This document shows positions 25,222-38,853 of a DNA stretch of 64,000 bases, piece by piece. Under the pieces are notes generated by a model, which did not search any database, was not told the origin of the DNA, and saw only the letters and a program-made list of their open reading frames with translations. Positions within the stretch are counted from its first letter, which is position 1; every line of letters begins with the position of its first letter. This DNA comes from Callorhinchus milii (Eukaryota): NCBI RefSeq assembly GCF_018977255.1, contig NW_024704742.1:25112001-25176000 (forward strand). Direction: 5' to 3'. The translations under genes and the position numbers were made by a program.

Positions 25222-26131
25222 CTGAGGAGCAAAGCATTGGTAAAGTTATGAATCTTAATGCAGTGCAAAATCAAGCCAGCACAAGTTTGGTCAACAGTAT
25301 CAACTGTCATGATTAAACATACAAACAACAAATTACACTTGAATAGCGCCCTTCACGTCGGAAAGAATAAATAAGCAAAACCAATTGTTTGGCAGCACAA
25401 AATGTTGCAATGTCTCCCCTTTAACTTTTCCAATTTTAAACACGTCACAATGGGGAGAATCTAAGAATAAACCTGACATTTCTCCATAAAGCAAAAGCAA
25501 AATACTATGTCGATGCCAGCTCTTTTGCAACTCTTGATAAGTTGCCTCACAGCAATATTGAGGAAAACTTAAGAGCAAGTTGTTTGTTTGGATGAAGATG
25601 GTTTATGCTTCGGGGAGAAAAAAAAGGTTACGTTTGCACTTTAAAAACGATGAGTTCGTTTTTACTTGTGGCTTTCAAAAACAGGGAGGGGCAGGGAGGA
25701 ACGAAAGAGAAGTACAAACAGGTACTTTTCTACGAATTGATCACTGCATCTGATATGGCTGTCAGGAAATAAATGACTGTTCGTGAAGGAAACTAGATGT
25801 GCAAAACGGGAACGGGTTCTTAAACACACGATTACATTTTAAACACAAGATACCTCTATCTACACTAATGCATTCAATCCTATTTCTGGCGTGGCGAGAT
25901 ACTTTTGGCTGTCAGCTCTGTTAGCGATTGCCAAACATTAGATTGCTCTGAAATTATGTTCACACATTGCAAACAAACAGGTGAGTGTCTGGTGTTCTGG
26001 GACCACCTGCATTTGTTAGTTGGAATTTTCAATAGACAAACCACTGGAGCACCAACAACAACAACAAAATTACATTTATAGAGTTCCTTTCATGTCGGGA
26101 GGAGGTCCCAAAGCGCTGAACAATGCCTTAC

Positions 26132-26242
26132 CCATGGTTGCCAGAAGGCAAATGATCGCCTGGATATCTGCTCCAGCATAAACGTCAGCCGTGGAGCTCA
26201 CAACAGGTAAACACAACGTGTGCACTCGAATACGACGCTCAC
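26132..26242 (-). CDS. SEC24B: SEC24B exon 18: GERRIRVHTLCLPVVSSTADVYAGADIQAIICLLATM
   Basis: AG/GTAAGG, 111 nt; hallmark GERRIRVHT motif. Confidence 0.96.
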
Positions 26243-27344
26243 CTGAAAAATGCAAAAGAGAAAGTCACAACAGAGCCTTAGTCTTGTTCCACTTGCATTG
26301 CAGCGAAAGTAGATGTAAGCATTGTGTTTAGGAAGCAATGTACTCACATTTACCAAGTTTTCACGTTTCCACAGTAGGCAAAGTTCTTGTGCAACCCTGC
26401 ACCCCCTACCCAACCGCACCCCCATCGCTTTGAACAGCCATACTTTGCTGTCTACCTATTAGGTTGATTCCAACTTCCTTAAAATTAAATTAATGCCAGA
26501 TTTAGTCAGCGCAGGTGGGATGGGTTGAATGGCCTCTTTCTAAGTAGTACATTTCTATGGTTCTAAGCAACCAGCTCTCCAAATTCCTGCCTTCCTTCAT
26601 TTTTATTGTTACAAAATGTATGAAAGCATCAGCCTCCAGAATCAACACTAGAGATCAGCACAACCACTCATTTGCTGAAAGCTGATCTAAGCTTGCCAAA
26701 TTCTACAAATACTACGTTAAAGGGCCAGTCGAAGAGGAGGGTCTTAAGATGGGAGGGAGAGAGGCAAAGTGACTGTGAGATGAAGATCAAAAGGATGGGA
26801 GCAGACAGGCCAAAGGCCTGACCAACGATGGTGGGGCAGGCTGGGCTGGGTGGGGGACATGGAGCAGGCCGAAGCCCGCTAAGCGGAGGGAGCAGACCTC
26901 CAGACATCCTGGGTGCTTCAGATTCAGATGGAATTTCTACCCTTTTAAAAATATATATATATATATATCCTTCACCAATATTTATTCCTGGGGATAGAAT
27001 TTTTTAAGCATGAATCGTATTATTGTATTACTATTTACCAAGGAGCAGATAAATATTATATTCTTATAGGACAAGTGCTTGGAAAAATATTTATGGCTTT
27101 TGGTTACAAATGTCAAACTTTCCGTGAAGTGTTACACATATTTACATCGAAAAATAGAAATGAGGGAAAAAAACCTTTAGACTAAAACAAGTTACATTAA
27201 AATGTAAATGGATCAGACATATTTTGCAAACTATCGTACATTTAACTAGCCAAACCAGTTAGTTTAGAATTGCCTTTCCTTTTTGTACCAAATGTAAATC
27301 AAATACACCAGCTTGTAAAGACATATTTTACTGCATTTCCCTAC

Positions 27345-27518
27345 CTTTGCTTGAAGTGTAAAGCAAGGCTGCCTGAAAACATACAATGGATGTGTCGACC
27401 AGACTTTCTTCGATAGACATCTGTACTGCAAATCCTGAATCAGGATTGACATTAGCGAGCGACAGCAAATCAGTAGAACGTACGAAGAAATTTCCATGGA
27501 AAGTGTGAATGGAAAGAC
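27345..27518 (-). CDS. SEC24B: SEC24B exon 17: GLSIHTFHGNFFVRSTDLLSLANVNPD...LLYTSSK (beta-sandwich)
   Basis: AG/GT, 174 nt, phase 1-1. Confidence 0.96.
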
Positions 27519-28380
27519 CTGGAATCAACAAATCAGCATTCAGTAATGGAGCATTACTTTTTTTAAGAAAGCAATGCTTAATTGTAGATTTCATGAGTAA
27601 TTTACAATGCTGCAAAAAACAAAACAACAAACATTTTATAGCTACAGTTTCACTGAATATGGTGCCAAGCACTTGTCATAGGTACTAATAGGATACAAGA
27701 ACTTTTAATGCATAGATTAATCCAGTTGCTCGGTTGGCTGTATAATTTATTTTTATTTATTCTGCTCATATATTCCTGAGTCTTTACAATACTACTTGCT
27801 GTGAAGGGCACTATATAAACACAAATTGTTGTTGTTGAGTCTAAATAGAACAGTGAGAAGCAAAAGTGGTAGCATTACCACGTTGGTCAGGCCTAAGTGC
27901 TACTAAGTGTTTAGCATGTTTAGTTACAGCTATCCCCAGGGTTCTCTTTCCACTTTGTTTCAGAACAATTTCCCAGTTAATGCTATTATTTCCTCTTGCA
28001 ATCTTTGAAACTCTCCTGTTTCAAGATTTCCCCCCACCCAAAAAATAATAATCCTTTTATTTGATATAGTCTTTATAATAATCTTTGCATTTGGTATAAA
28101 GTCTTATCATGTGAACGAGACGTCTCAAAGCCCTTCACAGGATTTTACTGTGAAGTGTGACTATTTTGTAGACAAATGTGGTAACCAATTTGCGCACAGT
28201 AAATTCCGACAAACAACCATCGAGAGGATGTCTCAAAGTGCTTCATGGGATTTACTGTGAAGTGTAGGGACGGTGTATTTTGTCGCTGAATATGGCGGGC
28301 ATTTTTTAACATAAAGTTTTTAAGAGAGAATAAAATGTCCAGAATTATATAGACACACACACGTAGGATGAAATGATTAC

Positions 28381-28539
28381 CTTTCGTACAACGTATCCTC
28401 ATGACAGCCTCAAAACCAATTTTTCTAGTGAGATAGCGCTTGATATCCTTCTGAAACTTCTCCACTTGGGCAGGATTGTGAATGTGATGGAATGAGGGAT
28501 AATGGAAGATGGATCCAGCAGAATATTTTGACATGCACG
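28381..28539 (-). CDS. SEC24B: SEC24B exon 16: ACMSKYSAGSIFHYPSFH...RKIGFEAVMRIRCTK
   Basis: AG/GT, 159 nt, phase 1-1. Confidence 0.96.
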
Positions 28540-28639
28540 CTACAAAAAAAACAAAAAATTATATTTAATGAATCCATTACCAGTAAACACAGGAAAAGGG
28601 CAAAGCCATCATTGACAAATCCCCAAACAGAGATTGCTT

Positions 28640-28960
28640 AACAATCAGAAGAGACCTAATTGAGACATATAACATTTTAAATGAGATTGTAAAAAGTAAG
28701 CCCAGAACAACATTTTCCGATGTATAATGATAGTAGAACACGAGGACACAGGTTTAGAGTTGTAAACGGCAATTTCAGGACAAATACCAGGAAGTTTTTT
28801 TTTTATTCAGAGGTTATCAGAGATTAATTAACAACTGGAACAAGGCCAGGACAATGGACTCATTTAAAAAGCAGCTTGATGCTGTGATGGGGGAATGGAA
28901 GGGTGGATATTCTGGAAGGATGAGATCAGGTGGGACAAAAGGCCTTCTTCATCCAAACCA
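28640..28960 (+). mobile_element. Degenerate CR1 3' fragment
   Basis: GAGACCTAATTGAGACATATAACATTTT..AGAACACGAGGACACAGG..CATTTAAAAAGCAGCTTGAT resembles the 1779-2141 region. Confidence 0.65.
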
Positions 28961-30889
28961 TGTGATGCATTAATTCTCTGTGAGGCTAGGAATTAGGTTT
29001 TGTAATCTCACAAGAAGTTGATCCATTAGTGATATACTAAGTGTCTTATACCGATTTAAAAACAATTTATTCCAGTAATTCGGTTTTATCTGAAGCCTCA
29101 GATCTTTAGAAGCCTTGGATCTTAAAAACGAAATAGTTCTCAGCGGCTTTTTAGCTAAGTAACAATTCGTTACACACTAATGCTGCTTTATAAAAAGTGG
29201 GAGTGAAGCCACTTCACAGAAACAGCGATTTTGCTGCAGGAAGGTTAATTTACAATATAAAATTTTCAGCACTTGATAACTAACACTGAGAATAATTAAT
29301 TCTGATCATGGATTAATAAACATCATCTGTGAGGTTCGGTATGAAACAGTTTACTGAGCAGCCAGCTTGAGGGCTTGATCTTGATCTGTAATACATATTT
29401 TCTGGGATGGAGAGATTGAGGATTGCTCACAATATCAGAACATAAACAATAAGCCAGAATGATAATTTATGAGCCACTGAAGCAGCTGTAATTTACATTA
29501 GACCGTCTTGGGCAAAAGAAAAGCATTGAATTCTTGACCTGAAGTAGGAAGGGGAGTTGAGACTTAGTGGCTGTTTAGTTTTTCACACTACGTATCACAA
29601 ATAGTGCTATTAACTATCGCTGGCTATGAAACAAGCAAATTCTACACATCATTTCCAGATTTCGACTAGTTTCAATCAGAGCCAAAAAGCTCTAAATATC
29701 TAATTTGGTGCTCCTCACTTGTGCATCATGGCACAATTTGTGAATAGCAAATCAGGGATTTATTAAACAAAAATTTGACCACGCTTCTGGTTATCTTTCT
29801 CCGTCGGCTTCCACCCCAGCCAGCAGTGTTATGTTTTTTGAGACGTCATTCCAATGTGTAAGGTGATTTATGAATGTAACTGGTATTGTTAACTTTAATA
29901 AATGCTGGATATGTGATTGGCCCAACAATATTGAAAGAACCTATTGAAAGTATCCATGGAGTCCAACCCATGGCTTGAGAGCTCGCAATATCCCACTGAG
30001 GAGTGAGCTGAGTGTAATTTGCTCACACCATTTTCACTGCTGAGGTGTGAAATGAACCCTTCCAGTAGCCGCTGTAATGGGTCTCTAGGTTGGTTTGTGC
30101 TCCGGGAGCTCCTGTTTATATTGCATGCTTGAAAGCTAAACTCTTTCACATTGTGGCCATTCAGCACGAAGCACACAGTACAATTCCAGCATAAAATAAT
30201 TAGCAGAAAAACACTTGTTGCCGGAAGGTAATGTGACAGAATTCTTTTGTGGGTGATTTTCCCTTTGCGAAAATCACCTTTGTGCACAATATTTAAATAA
30301 AGCAATTATAATCGGAAGAAACTTGTAGCAGCGGCCTTCAAACCTCCAGACACTGCTAAAGTGCCGCTTGCCCTGGGAGGAGAATGTATTATTTCAGCAT
30401 ACGATGATTGGTGAAGCATGAATTCCAACGGTTTGCAGCACTGAAATTAGTGCCAAAAGTTGCAGTTCTTCTAACTTGCCCTCAAGATTATATAAAGCCG
30501 CCTATCGATTTGACGTATGTTGGCTGACACTGGGGGCCGCCCGAGCCAATTATTGTAAAAGAACTGTAACAGCACCATCACTTTCCAGCAATTAATCACA
30601 AACCCACTTGTATACAAAAGAGTGAGCTTTCACCTTAGATTCGTAATTTACCATAGAACCAGTTGGATTTGGCCAATATTTTAAAGTTCAATTGATCAAC
30701 TTATGAGTAATGGTACCGGGGGGTGGGGGGGTTAGGGAAAGAACAGTGACGGCAAATCGTACAGAGTAATGTGAGATTGCACCTCAGTGACTGTGACAAA
30801 AGTGACAAGCAGCACTGCATCGTGTACGAGAGTTCAGTTAAATGTCATTGGTCTCATGGTTCTCTAGCAATGAAATTCTGTTTCCATAC

Positions 30890-31013
30890 CTAATGAGGCT
30901 AGATCGGCATATTGTCCACTGAGTAGAAACAGATCCACTGCGACCTGCTGGCCGGAACAGTCCAGAGCAAGCTTTTTATAAAAGTCTGTGGCTGGGCCAA
31001 GGTGCTGCACCCC
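30890..31013 (-). CDS. SEC24B: SEC24B exon 15: GVQHLGPATDFYKKLALDCSGQQVAVDLFLLSGQYADLASL
   Basis: AG/GT, 124 nt, phase 0 to 1. Confidence 0.96.
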
Positions 31014-32265
31014 CTTAAGTAAAAAAAGTCAGTATTAATAACAACATTACCCATGATTTTACAGACAAGCACTTGTCGAAAGTAACATCATCTACTTCCA
31101 GTGTGGGTTTTGCTGAAGGAGGTTATCCTCCACACAGTTCATGCAGTGATCAGAATGGGCAAACACAGGACATTCCCTTTAATGGCTTTAGTAAGTCACA
31201 AGCAACTCCATTGGATTCCGCCTTCCCCCACAAAACAGGTAACTCTTTAAAGAGAAGACAGACAATCATTTTCCGAGGGCAACCGGGGATGGGCAATAAA
31301 CGTTGGCTCTGACAGTATCTCCCACATTCCTAGAGTTCCATTTTTTAAAAAAATTTAAAACCTTTGTGATATCTCTACAAGCATAAGTAGCTACATAGCT
31401 CAATGTTGAATTACACTGACGTACCTGGTTTGTAACTCCCAACACTTTGATCAAAGCGCCTTGAAAGTGTGCATTACAATCAGTGAAAGAAGAGTCAGCA
31501 CTGAGTGAGATACAAGCCACTTGGCTTAGCATGATCAGACCACTGGGTTAAAGGCACAAACTCCAGGTCCATTTCAGTTTTGGGCACATAGGGAAGACTT
31601 GGGGATCGTTGACCAAGAACATTTTTTTTTAAAACTCTGTATTGGGATGTGGGCAACACTGACTTTTATTTTCCATCCCGGGTTATTCTGAGGAGGTGGT
31701 GGAAAGTCTTCTCTTTAAACCACTGCCATCCTTGTATTGATGGGGCTCCCACGAATGTGGCCGTTCCAGGATTTTAACCCAGAAAAAGGGCGATATTTGT
31801 CTGATCAAGATAGTGAGTGATGAGGAGAGGAACTTGACTATAGAGTATCCCATTGTTGCACTGATCTCCTCAGGAGCTTGCTATCTGTCACAAACTATAA
31901 ATGGTCAGGCTTCCATTGTTTCGACTTTGAAGCTAAAGGGTGGGTATTGTTCCATTTCCAGGCTTCAAAAAGGTGTGAAGAGGACAATTTCTAAAGAGGC
32001 ATTAAAGTCAGTTTTCTGCTAACAAATGAAGAAAGGAAACCCAGAGTTGAGAGTGACATCTTTGAGAACTGACATTTTGAAGGTTCTGGCGTTTGTGTCA
32101 TTCACACCCTGAGAATGCTTGGGATTCACTGCTGAAAAGTTTTACTTCAATTCTAATCTGGGAACGATGTTCCAAAGAGTTCAACCAGATCATCAAAGGA
32201 ATATTTCTTAAAACTGAGTTAATGTCATAAGAATTTCCTTAATGCATTTGAAACTGAGCACCTAA

Positions 32266-32571
32266 AAATAATAATAATCCTTGCATTTGATATAGCTTTT
32301 CATATCTTCTAGACCTCTCAAAGCGCTTCACAGAATATGCTGTAAAGTGAATTGACTGTATATTTGTGGGCGAAACGCGGCAGCCAATTGCACACAGCAG
32401 TGTCCCACAAACAGTCGTGGAATGAAAATGACCAATTTATTATTGTTTTGTAGGTATTATTATTAGGCGTGTGGAGTAAGGAAACTTGCCCAAAGTTTCG
32501 CCCTGTCTGGAATTGAACCCAGATGTCTCGCTTACAAGGCGAGGGCTCTAACCACTGAGCTACAGGACTCC
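32266..32571 (-). mobile_element. tRNA-derived SINE, internally deleted subfamily
   Basis: Head GGAGTCCTGTAGCTCAGTGGTTAGAG on minus strand, (TTA)n tail. Confidence 0.85.
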
Positions 32572-32921
32572 ACGAAGACATCTAACTAAGCACTGTTCCT
32601 GCATCTGGTAAAAGTTCCCGATGACAATTTCTCTACTTGGTGAGGAACTCTAGCTTAGTCTCCACAATGACAGTCTCCTACACAGAATAACATGGAAAAT
32701 AAACAAATGAGGTAAAAGTATAAAATGCCCGCATGGCTAAAAGCAATATATGCTTATACTTAGCTATAAGTGATTATATTGGCTCAGTGGTTATACAGGC
32801 ACACCCCAGAGACCAATAATCTCTCTAAAATGTATTGTGGAACAGGTACTTTAGACCATTATAACCTTCAAATGCAGGTTTTACTTTACTAACAGTGATA
32901 AAGAGTAAAGTTTCTTTTACT

Positions 32922-33247
32922 CGGAGTCCTGTAGCTCAGTGGTTAGAGCACTCACTTTGCAAGCGAGAGACCCGAGTTCAATTCCAGACAGGGCGAAACC
33001 TTGGGCAAGTTTCCTTACTCCACACGCCTAATAATAATCCCTCCAAAAAACAAAAACAATAATTAAATTGGTCATTTTCAATCTATGACTGTTTGTGGGA
33101 CATTGCTGTGCACAATTGGCTGCCGCGTTCGCCCACAAATATACAGTCAACTCACTTTACAGTATATTCTGTGAAGCGCTTTGGGACGTCCTCCCGACGT
33201 GAAAAGCGCTATATCAAATGCAAGGATTATTATTATTATTATTATTA
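32922..33247 (+). mobile_element. tRNA-derived SINE, internally deleted subfamily
   Basis: GGAGTCCTGTAGCTCAGTGGTTAGAG..GAGTTCAATTCC..(TTA)n. Confidence 0.88.
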
Positions 33248-33334
33248 CATTTCACTAGTACAAGCCGAATCTCCTTCACGTACTTATTTTTTAAAACAAG
33301 GCTTTTGCCCTTTTGGCATGAAAGGTGCACTTAC

Positions 33335-33541
33335 CTTTGTGCTGGATCTCTGGTTGGGATCTTCCCTGGAGTGCAGACACCCGGCACCTATAGATGGTAG
33401 TAGTGTCTGGAACACAGAGATACGTCCTCCTGTCGCAGACATAAGTTTAAATGCAGCCTGTAGAGCAGGGCCAAGCGCGCTGTGGGTCTCTCTTGTGTTT
33501 GTGAACATTTTTGGTAGTGTTTTCAGTAAGTCTACAACAAG
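33335..33541 (-). CDS. SEC24B: SEC24B exon 14: LVVDLLKTLPKMFTNTRETHSALGPALQAAFKLM...REDPNQRSSTK (trunk domain)
   Basis: AG/GTAAGT, 207 nt, phase 0-0. Confidence 0.96.
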
Positions 33542-33677
33542 CTGCAATTTAAAGACAAAATATTAAATACCAGAATATTGCAAGGATTTGGAAAATAATT
33601 ATAATCTTAAATAACCCTTGCACATGACATAGTGCCTTATCACGTAGTCAAGACATCTCAAAGAACTTCCTAGCATA

Positions 33678-33838
33678 CAGTAAACTACTGCTAACTTGTC
33701 ACTCCAAGGGAAAATAGCTCAATGATGAGTTAGGCATATGTATAAATACAGAAATAAATTTGGCCAGGATTTTGACAGCATGATGACTTAAGTGGTACTG
33801 ACGAGTTAAGTCAGGATCGAGTTATCAGGAGTTTACTG
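33678..33838. mobile_element. Tc1/mariner-pogo (Tigger-like) MITE, 161 bp
   Basis: TIRs CAGTAAACTACTGCTAACT / AGTTATCAGGAGTTTACTG flanked by TA on both sides. Confidence 0.8.
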
Positions 33839-35039
33839 TATACTGTAAAGTGGGGTGGTTGTGTGGACTTGTGGGTGAAATATACTTATATAGTTCAAGA
33901 GCACAGTAAAAATAGATTGCTTAAATGATTTGTCCCTCAGTGACATCCATAATACATTAAAAATTACTAATGTACAAACAAATCAGCTTGAAAACTGATG
34001 ATATGCCAACATTCTTTGCAGGCAATTAATTATTTTTGTAGTTTTCAAACGTCTCATCTTTCCTGGAGTACTGTGAAGCAGACCACAAGGGGGCATTAAA
34101 TGAAAAGCAACACCGTGTATGCAGAGTGCTCACTAAATCATTCTGTAACAGGAGATGCAAGACCAGTTTATACACACACGCGTAGAGAGGGAAAAATAGG
34201 GATAGAGAGACAGAGAAAGAGAGAGGAACTTTGCTGTATGTGATTATGTTACCAGCAAAAGGGCAAATGACAGCTTCTGGTTATACTGGATGATGTTGGC
34301 ATCACAACAGGCATTCTCAAGGAATGGACAAAACACAGATGCTGAACTAACAACAAAGCACCGGCCTTTAACAGCAAATGTGCAAATGTGAAGTGAAGGT
34401 TGAGTGTTTTCATGTTCAATTTGCCGCTATACTGGAGTTAATTTTTCAATATAAAACCACTCAAATATTGAGCTGATCCCAGGATGTCACTGGGATTTGC
34501 CGAGACTTTGGTTTCTATTTTTAATCAGTAAAGTAGATCTTAATTCATCATGATTTGTTTTTTAAAAATATATATACAGTAATAATGTTGTTTATCTACT
34601 TGAAACATTCCAGTGGGCTTCGTTTGAATGAGAACCTTGTTCATTGCTAATTATCATTTCTCCATACCTGTACCAATGCTTAGTTATTGATTATTTTCAG
34701 AAATGCATCTACAGTCACACCAACAAAAAACTCGAGAAAGGCTGTGTGTTTGAGTAGGTTCCTGATTTATGTCTACGATTAAATTGGTACCTCTGTTGAT
34801 TAAACTATCATTTTAAAATATTGCTTATGTGTGGGCATAGCTTTGTTCCTGATTTCTCTGCATTAAGCATTCTGAAATGGTTCTTCAGTGCTGTTTATTC
34901 CTAGTACAACTCATAAGGTTATTTTAATGCTTTCTCTCAGCTAAAGCTATTTTACAGATTGTGGTCAGGAGAAGATTGATTCTACAACATACAATAATCA
35001 TTGAAAAATCCATATTAATGTTTTGGGTTTAAAATAAAA

Positions 35040-35450
35040 ATAATTCTTACATTTGATATAGTGCCTGTCGTGTTAGTGGGATGTCTCAAAGAGCTTCACA
35101 GAAATCATTGTGAATGAAGCATATTGACTATTTTTTCTACTCGAAAGCGGCAGCCAATTTGCACACAATTTGCATTGCCCCAGAAACAACAATGAAATGA
35201 CCATTTTATTTGGGAGATTTCTGGCTAGGACATCGGAAGAAACTCTCTTCTCTTTTTGAATTGAACGACAGGATCCTTACTAGCCTCTTGGACTTGGTTT
35301 AACGTCTTATCCGAAGGACTGCACCTCGAACAATGCGACACACACCCAACACTGTAGTAGAGCGTCAGCCTGGACGATGAGTTCAAAATCCCAATGTGAG
35401 ACTTGAACTTACAACCTTCTGACTCAGAGGCGAGAATGCTACCAAATGAG
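35040..35450 (-). mobile_element. Deu-domain SINE
   Basis: Reverse complement of the 19611-20025 architecture (CAACCTTCTGACTCAGAGGCGAG head; GTTTAACGTCTTATCCGAAGGAC core). Confidence 0.75.
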
Positions 35451-36118
35451 TAAGCTAAAGTGAACATAGTGAACATACCTAAAAGCTGCTAATGTGTTTG
35501 ATCGGAACCAAGGTTTCTTCAATCACTGACATACATATCTAGTAGATCTTTTGAAATGTAAATCCTTTGGAACAGATGCCCTAATTTTATTTCAGCTTTG
35601 TTGTCGCCATTCTTCCTCCACAAGGAGACTCTCTGACCGTTCGTGACACACAATGCTGTATGTGCAAATGGTTCAAAACTCACTACAAAAATAATCGCTG
35701 CTGTCAAAAACGAAGATGAACTTGTCCAAAAGAAACTACCGATTTCAAAGATTGAAGAAATTTCTAAGTATAGGTGAGGAAGTGTTGGGATTCTTAAGCA
35801 TGGTGATGGGTTTCTGCATCTGTCAGTACAACTGAAACTCAGGTTGAACAAGGCAAGCCCTTCCATGCTACATTGGAATAGAGCCTACATGTATTTTTAA
35901 TGTATTAAAAAGCTTTTACTTGGTTTGGAGTTTTAAATGTTGAGGATTACAAATTCAATTTTGGGGCATCACAGAAAATTCTGGATTATAGCAGAGCCAG
36001 TTAAATTACTAAAGTGTGTGGAAAACAATGTTAAAAATTCACAGTACTAAGAATCTAAGCTAAAATCAGATTTTTTTAAAAAAAAACAAAGTACAACTTC
36101 CCTTTATGCTTTGCCTAC

Positions 36119-36174
36119 CTCCTTACTTTCATGTAGATTTACCAGCAAACTGTCTGGAGTAGGTATAAAGATTT
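36119..36174 (-). CDS. SEC24B: SEC24B exon 13: EIFIPTPDSLLVNLHESKE
   Basis: AG/GT, 56 nt, phase 1 to 0. Confidence 0.93.
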
Positions 36175-37004
36175 CTGAGGATGGAAAAAAACAACTATTA
36201 ATGACTGGAAAAGAAACTATTTTGATTACATAAAAGCTAACTAGACTAACTAACCAACAGAATAGTTCAAAGCTTCCTTTTTAGGTCTTACAATTATCTA
36301 AAACAAGGTAATAAGCCCACTAACATCCCTAGGTTTCTTTCACCATCACCTCTTGGCAAAATCTACCCCAACCATGGTGTATGTGTATCCTGTTTGTACT
36401 TCCTATGTGCAAATATCTATAGTGAGCATATTTATACAATACATACAATTTACAACGTTCATGTCAGCAGATTGTACCAAAGTGCTTGACAATTTGCCAG
36501 TGATAAGCCCCAGTATAAGATAATTACTGCAACATCCTGTTGAGCTCAGGATTTTCTTTAAATCTATACCCTTTTCCGACAAAATGAATACTTGAACAAG
36601 GAGCGCAGATGATGATAAAATCTAAGCAAATGACAGAACAGTAAATTACATTTCAATAGTGCCTTTCATGTCGGGAGCACGACTAAAAGTGCTTCATACA
36701 GCTGACTGGGAACCTGAGCTGGAGGTGGGGTGGGGTGGACGGAAAGGGAAAAAGAGAAAGAGAAAGGTCGCTGAAAATATCACAAAACCAAAAGAAGAAT
36801 TGTTATGATGTTCTCTTTGGTTGTGACATGATACAAACCTAGTGGTGCAAACCTTAATTGAATAGTGAAATTATTTTAAACTCTGGGGCTAGACCAATAA
36901 AGCCTATAATACAGAATTAAGTTGTAGGGGTTTCCACCCACCAGTTATCCTATTTATAGTGCAGTTAAAAGATGAATTGTACAGCAAACCTCACGTATTT
37001 GTAC

Positions 37005-37440
37005 AAACAACAGCAACTTAATGTAACGTCCCTCACACAGGGGTGCGCCCCAGGAGTGCTTGACAGTGGCAAAGCATGACCCAGGACCAGGGGGAGGTGA
37101 ATGTAGGCACGAATGTAGGTAGAAAAGCAAGTGAAAACAGGGAAGGAAGGGGCAATGTGGAGGGATAGAAGAAGCATTCCAGAGTTTTGGGCACAGTGAC
37201 TGAAATTGCAGCCATTGATGGTGGAACAGAGGGCATGAGGGACAAGCAGGAGGCTGGAGCCAGTTGAGAGCAGGAGGTGGATAGTGGGTTGGAGAATAAG
37301 CAGGTCGGAGAGGTAGGGAGGTGCCAGGGCATGAAGAGATTTGAAGACGAGTGTGAGAATCTTGAAATTGATCTGTTCAGTGATAGGGAGTCAAGGTGGG
37401 AGGTGATGAACGCACGGAAGTGTGTTTCGGCTACGTTTGA
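37005..37440 (-). mobile_element. Degenerate L2 3' fragment
   Basis: AFITSHLD motif in ORF 37033-37488; CAACAGCAAC tail. Confidence 0.65.
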
Positions 37441-37599
37441 GTTACAGTACGGTTGGAGACGTAAAAACCCAGAACATATACGCCACAACTTTAATACAAG
37501 TTACGTTAACAGATTGTGCTATTCTGGCCAGCATATTGCTATACGGTAGCAAATATTGAAACATGAATTCTACTCGCAAGACACATTTTCAGTTGATAC

Positions 37600-37718
37600 C
37601 TTCAATATCTGACACAATCAGCATTTGAGGCTGTGACAACCCTTCTTGTAAGTTGAAGAAGTGAACTCTGCTGTCAAATGTAATAAATCCTATCCTGGTC
37701 CTTGAATCTCCAGGTAAC
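37600..37718 (-). CDS. SEC24B: SEC24B exon 12: LPGDSRTRIGFITFDSRVHFFNLQEGLSQPQMLIVSDIE
   Basis: AG/GT, 119 nt, phase 2 to 1. Confidence 0.96.
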
Positions 37719-38449
37719 CTTAAAGATACAAACACACATTAAACAAAGAAGCATTGCCTTTTAGATTAATTTCCCACCACAAAAAATTCAAGCAATGTAT
37801 TAACAGGAAAAAAGTAGTTAGAAAATGAGGTTATTCAAGGTAAATGTTTGAATATAATTTTTTAAGCATTTACATTTGAATAGCAAAGACAGGTATTCCT
37901 ATTTGAAACATCTATTTCAAAGCTATTAATAGGACAATTTGGGTCACAACCCAAACAGCAAATTTTCTCTTCAAGATTTCACATGGTCGTAAAATGGGTT
38001 CAGATAAAACAGATAATTGATCTCATCTTTCCAGAATATTCACCCTCCCATCACAGCATCAAGGTTTTTTTCAAAATGAGTCCAGCATCCTGGCCCTAAC
38101 CACCCCTTCCTGATAACCCGTTCCAGTTAATTACCCTCTTAAAGAAAATAACTCAAGAAATAATTCCTGGAATTATCCTGAAATTGCCCTTTGCAGCCCT
38201 AAACCTACTGGACCAGCCTACTGACAGCATACGGACAGGTGGATGGTCCAATGGGAGTGCGTATTCACTCAGTGCTGTCATTAAATTGTCCTGTGTTGGC
38301 ATTCTCAATCCCAATTGAAGTTTTGTATACCTCTATAGGAGTTGTTGGGAGTTCTTAAGATGTTTCTGAATTATTTGAGGAAAGCATATCTGATTTGAAA
38401 TACCTTTCTAATTTACACATGCAAATTCCATTAAAAAAAACTATCTTAC

Positions 38450-38562
38450 TTATCCAAGTTTTCTAACAGTGACTGACAGAAAATGTTCAGATATCCTGAT
38501 TCCACCGCATTATGGGAGACGTCAAAAACAAAGAGGTAGACAGCAGGCTGAGGAGGTCGCAA
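38450..38562 (-). CDS. SEC24B: SEC24B exon 11: LRPPQPAVYLFVFDVSHNAVESGYLNIFCQSLLENLDK
   Basis: AG/GTAAGA, 113 nt, phase 0 to 2. Confidence 0.96.
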
Positions 38563-38743
38563 CTGCAAAGCAAACATTTTGGTTACAAAGAGAAGCATGC
38601 TGCAAATGAAAGCTAGAACTTCACACTTTTACTAGACGAAGAATTGTTTAAGATTACTTAAAATCATAATTATATGTAACTGGAAAGACTGCCAGTTACA
38701 TTATATTTTACACTTTTTCATTCTCTAAAATACAATGTTTTAC

Positions 38744-38853
38744 CATGTAGTCTGAAGAAGCAATGAACTCTACTGTTGCATTTTGAACCTCTGGTCGTTT
38801 GTGTGGCTCCCCATAGGAACGCGTCAAAGGATTATACATAAATTCTTCAGGTA
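38744..38853 (-). CDS. SEC24B: SEC24B exon 10: VPEEFMYNPLTRSYGEPHKRPEVQNATVEFIASSDYM
   Basis: AG/GT, 110 nt; near-identical to human SEC24B as recalled, favouring B over A. Confidence 0.97.
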
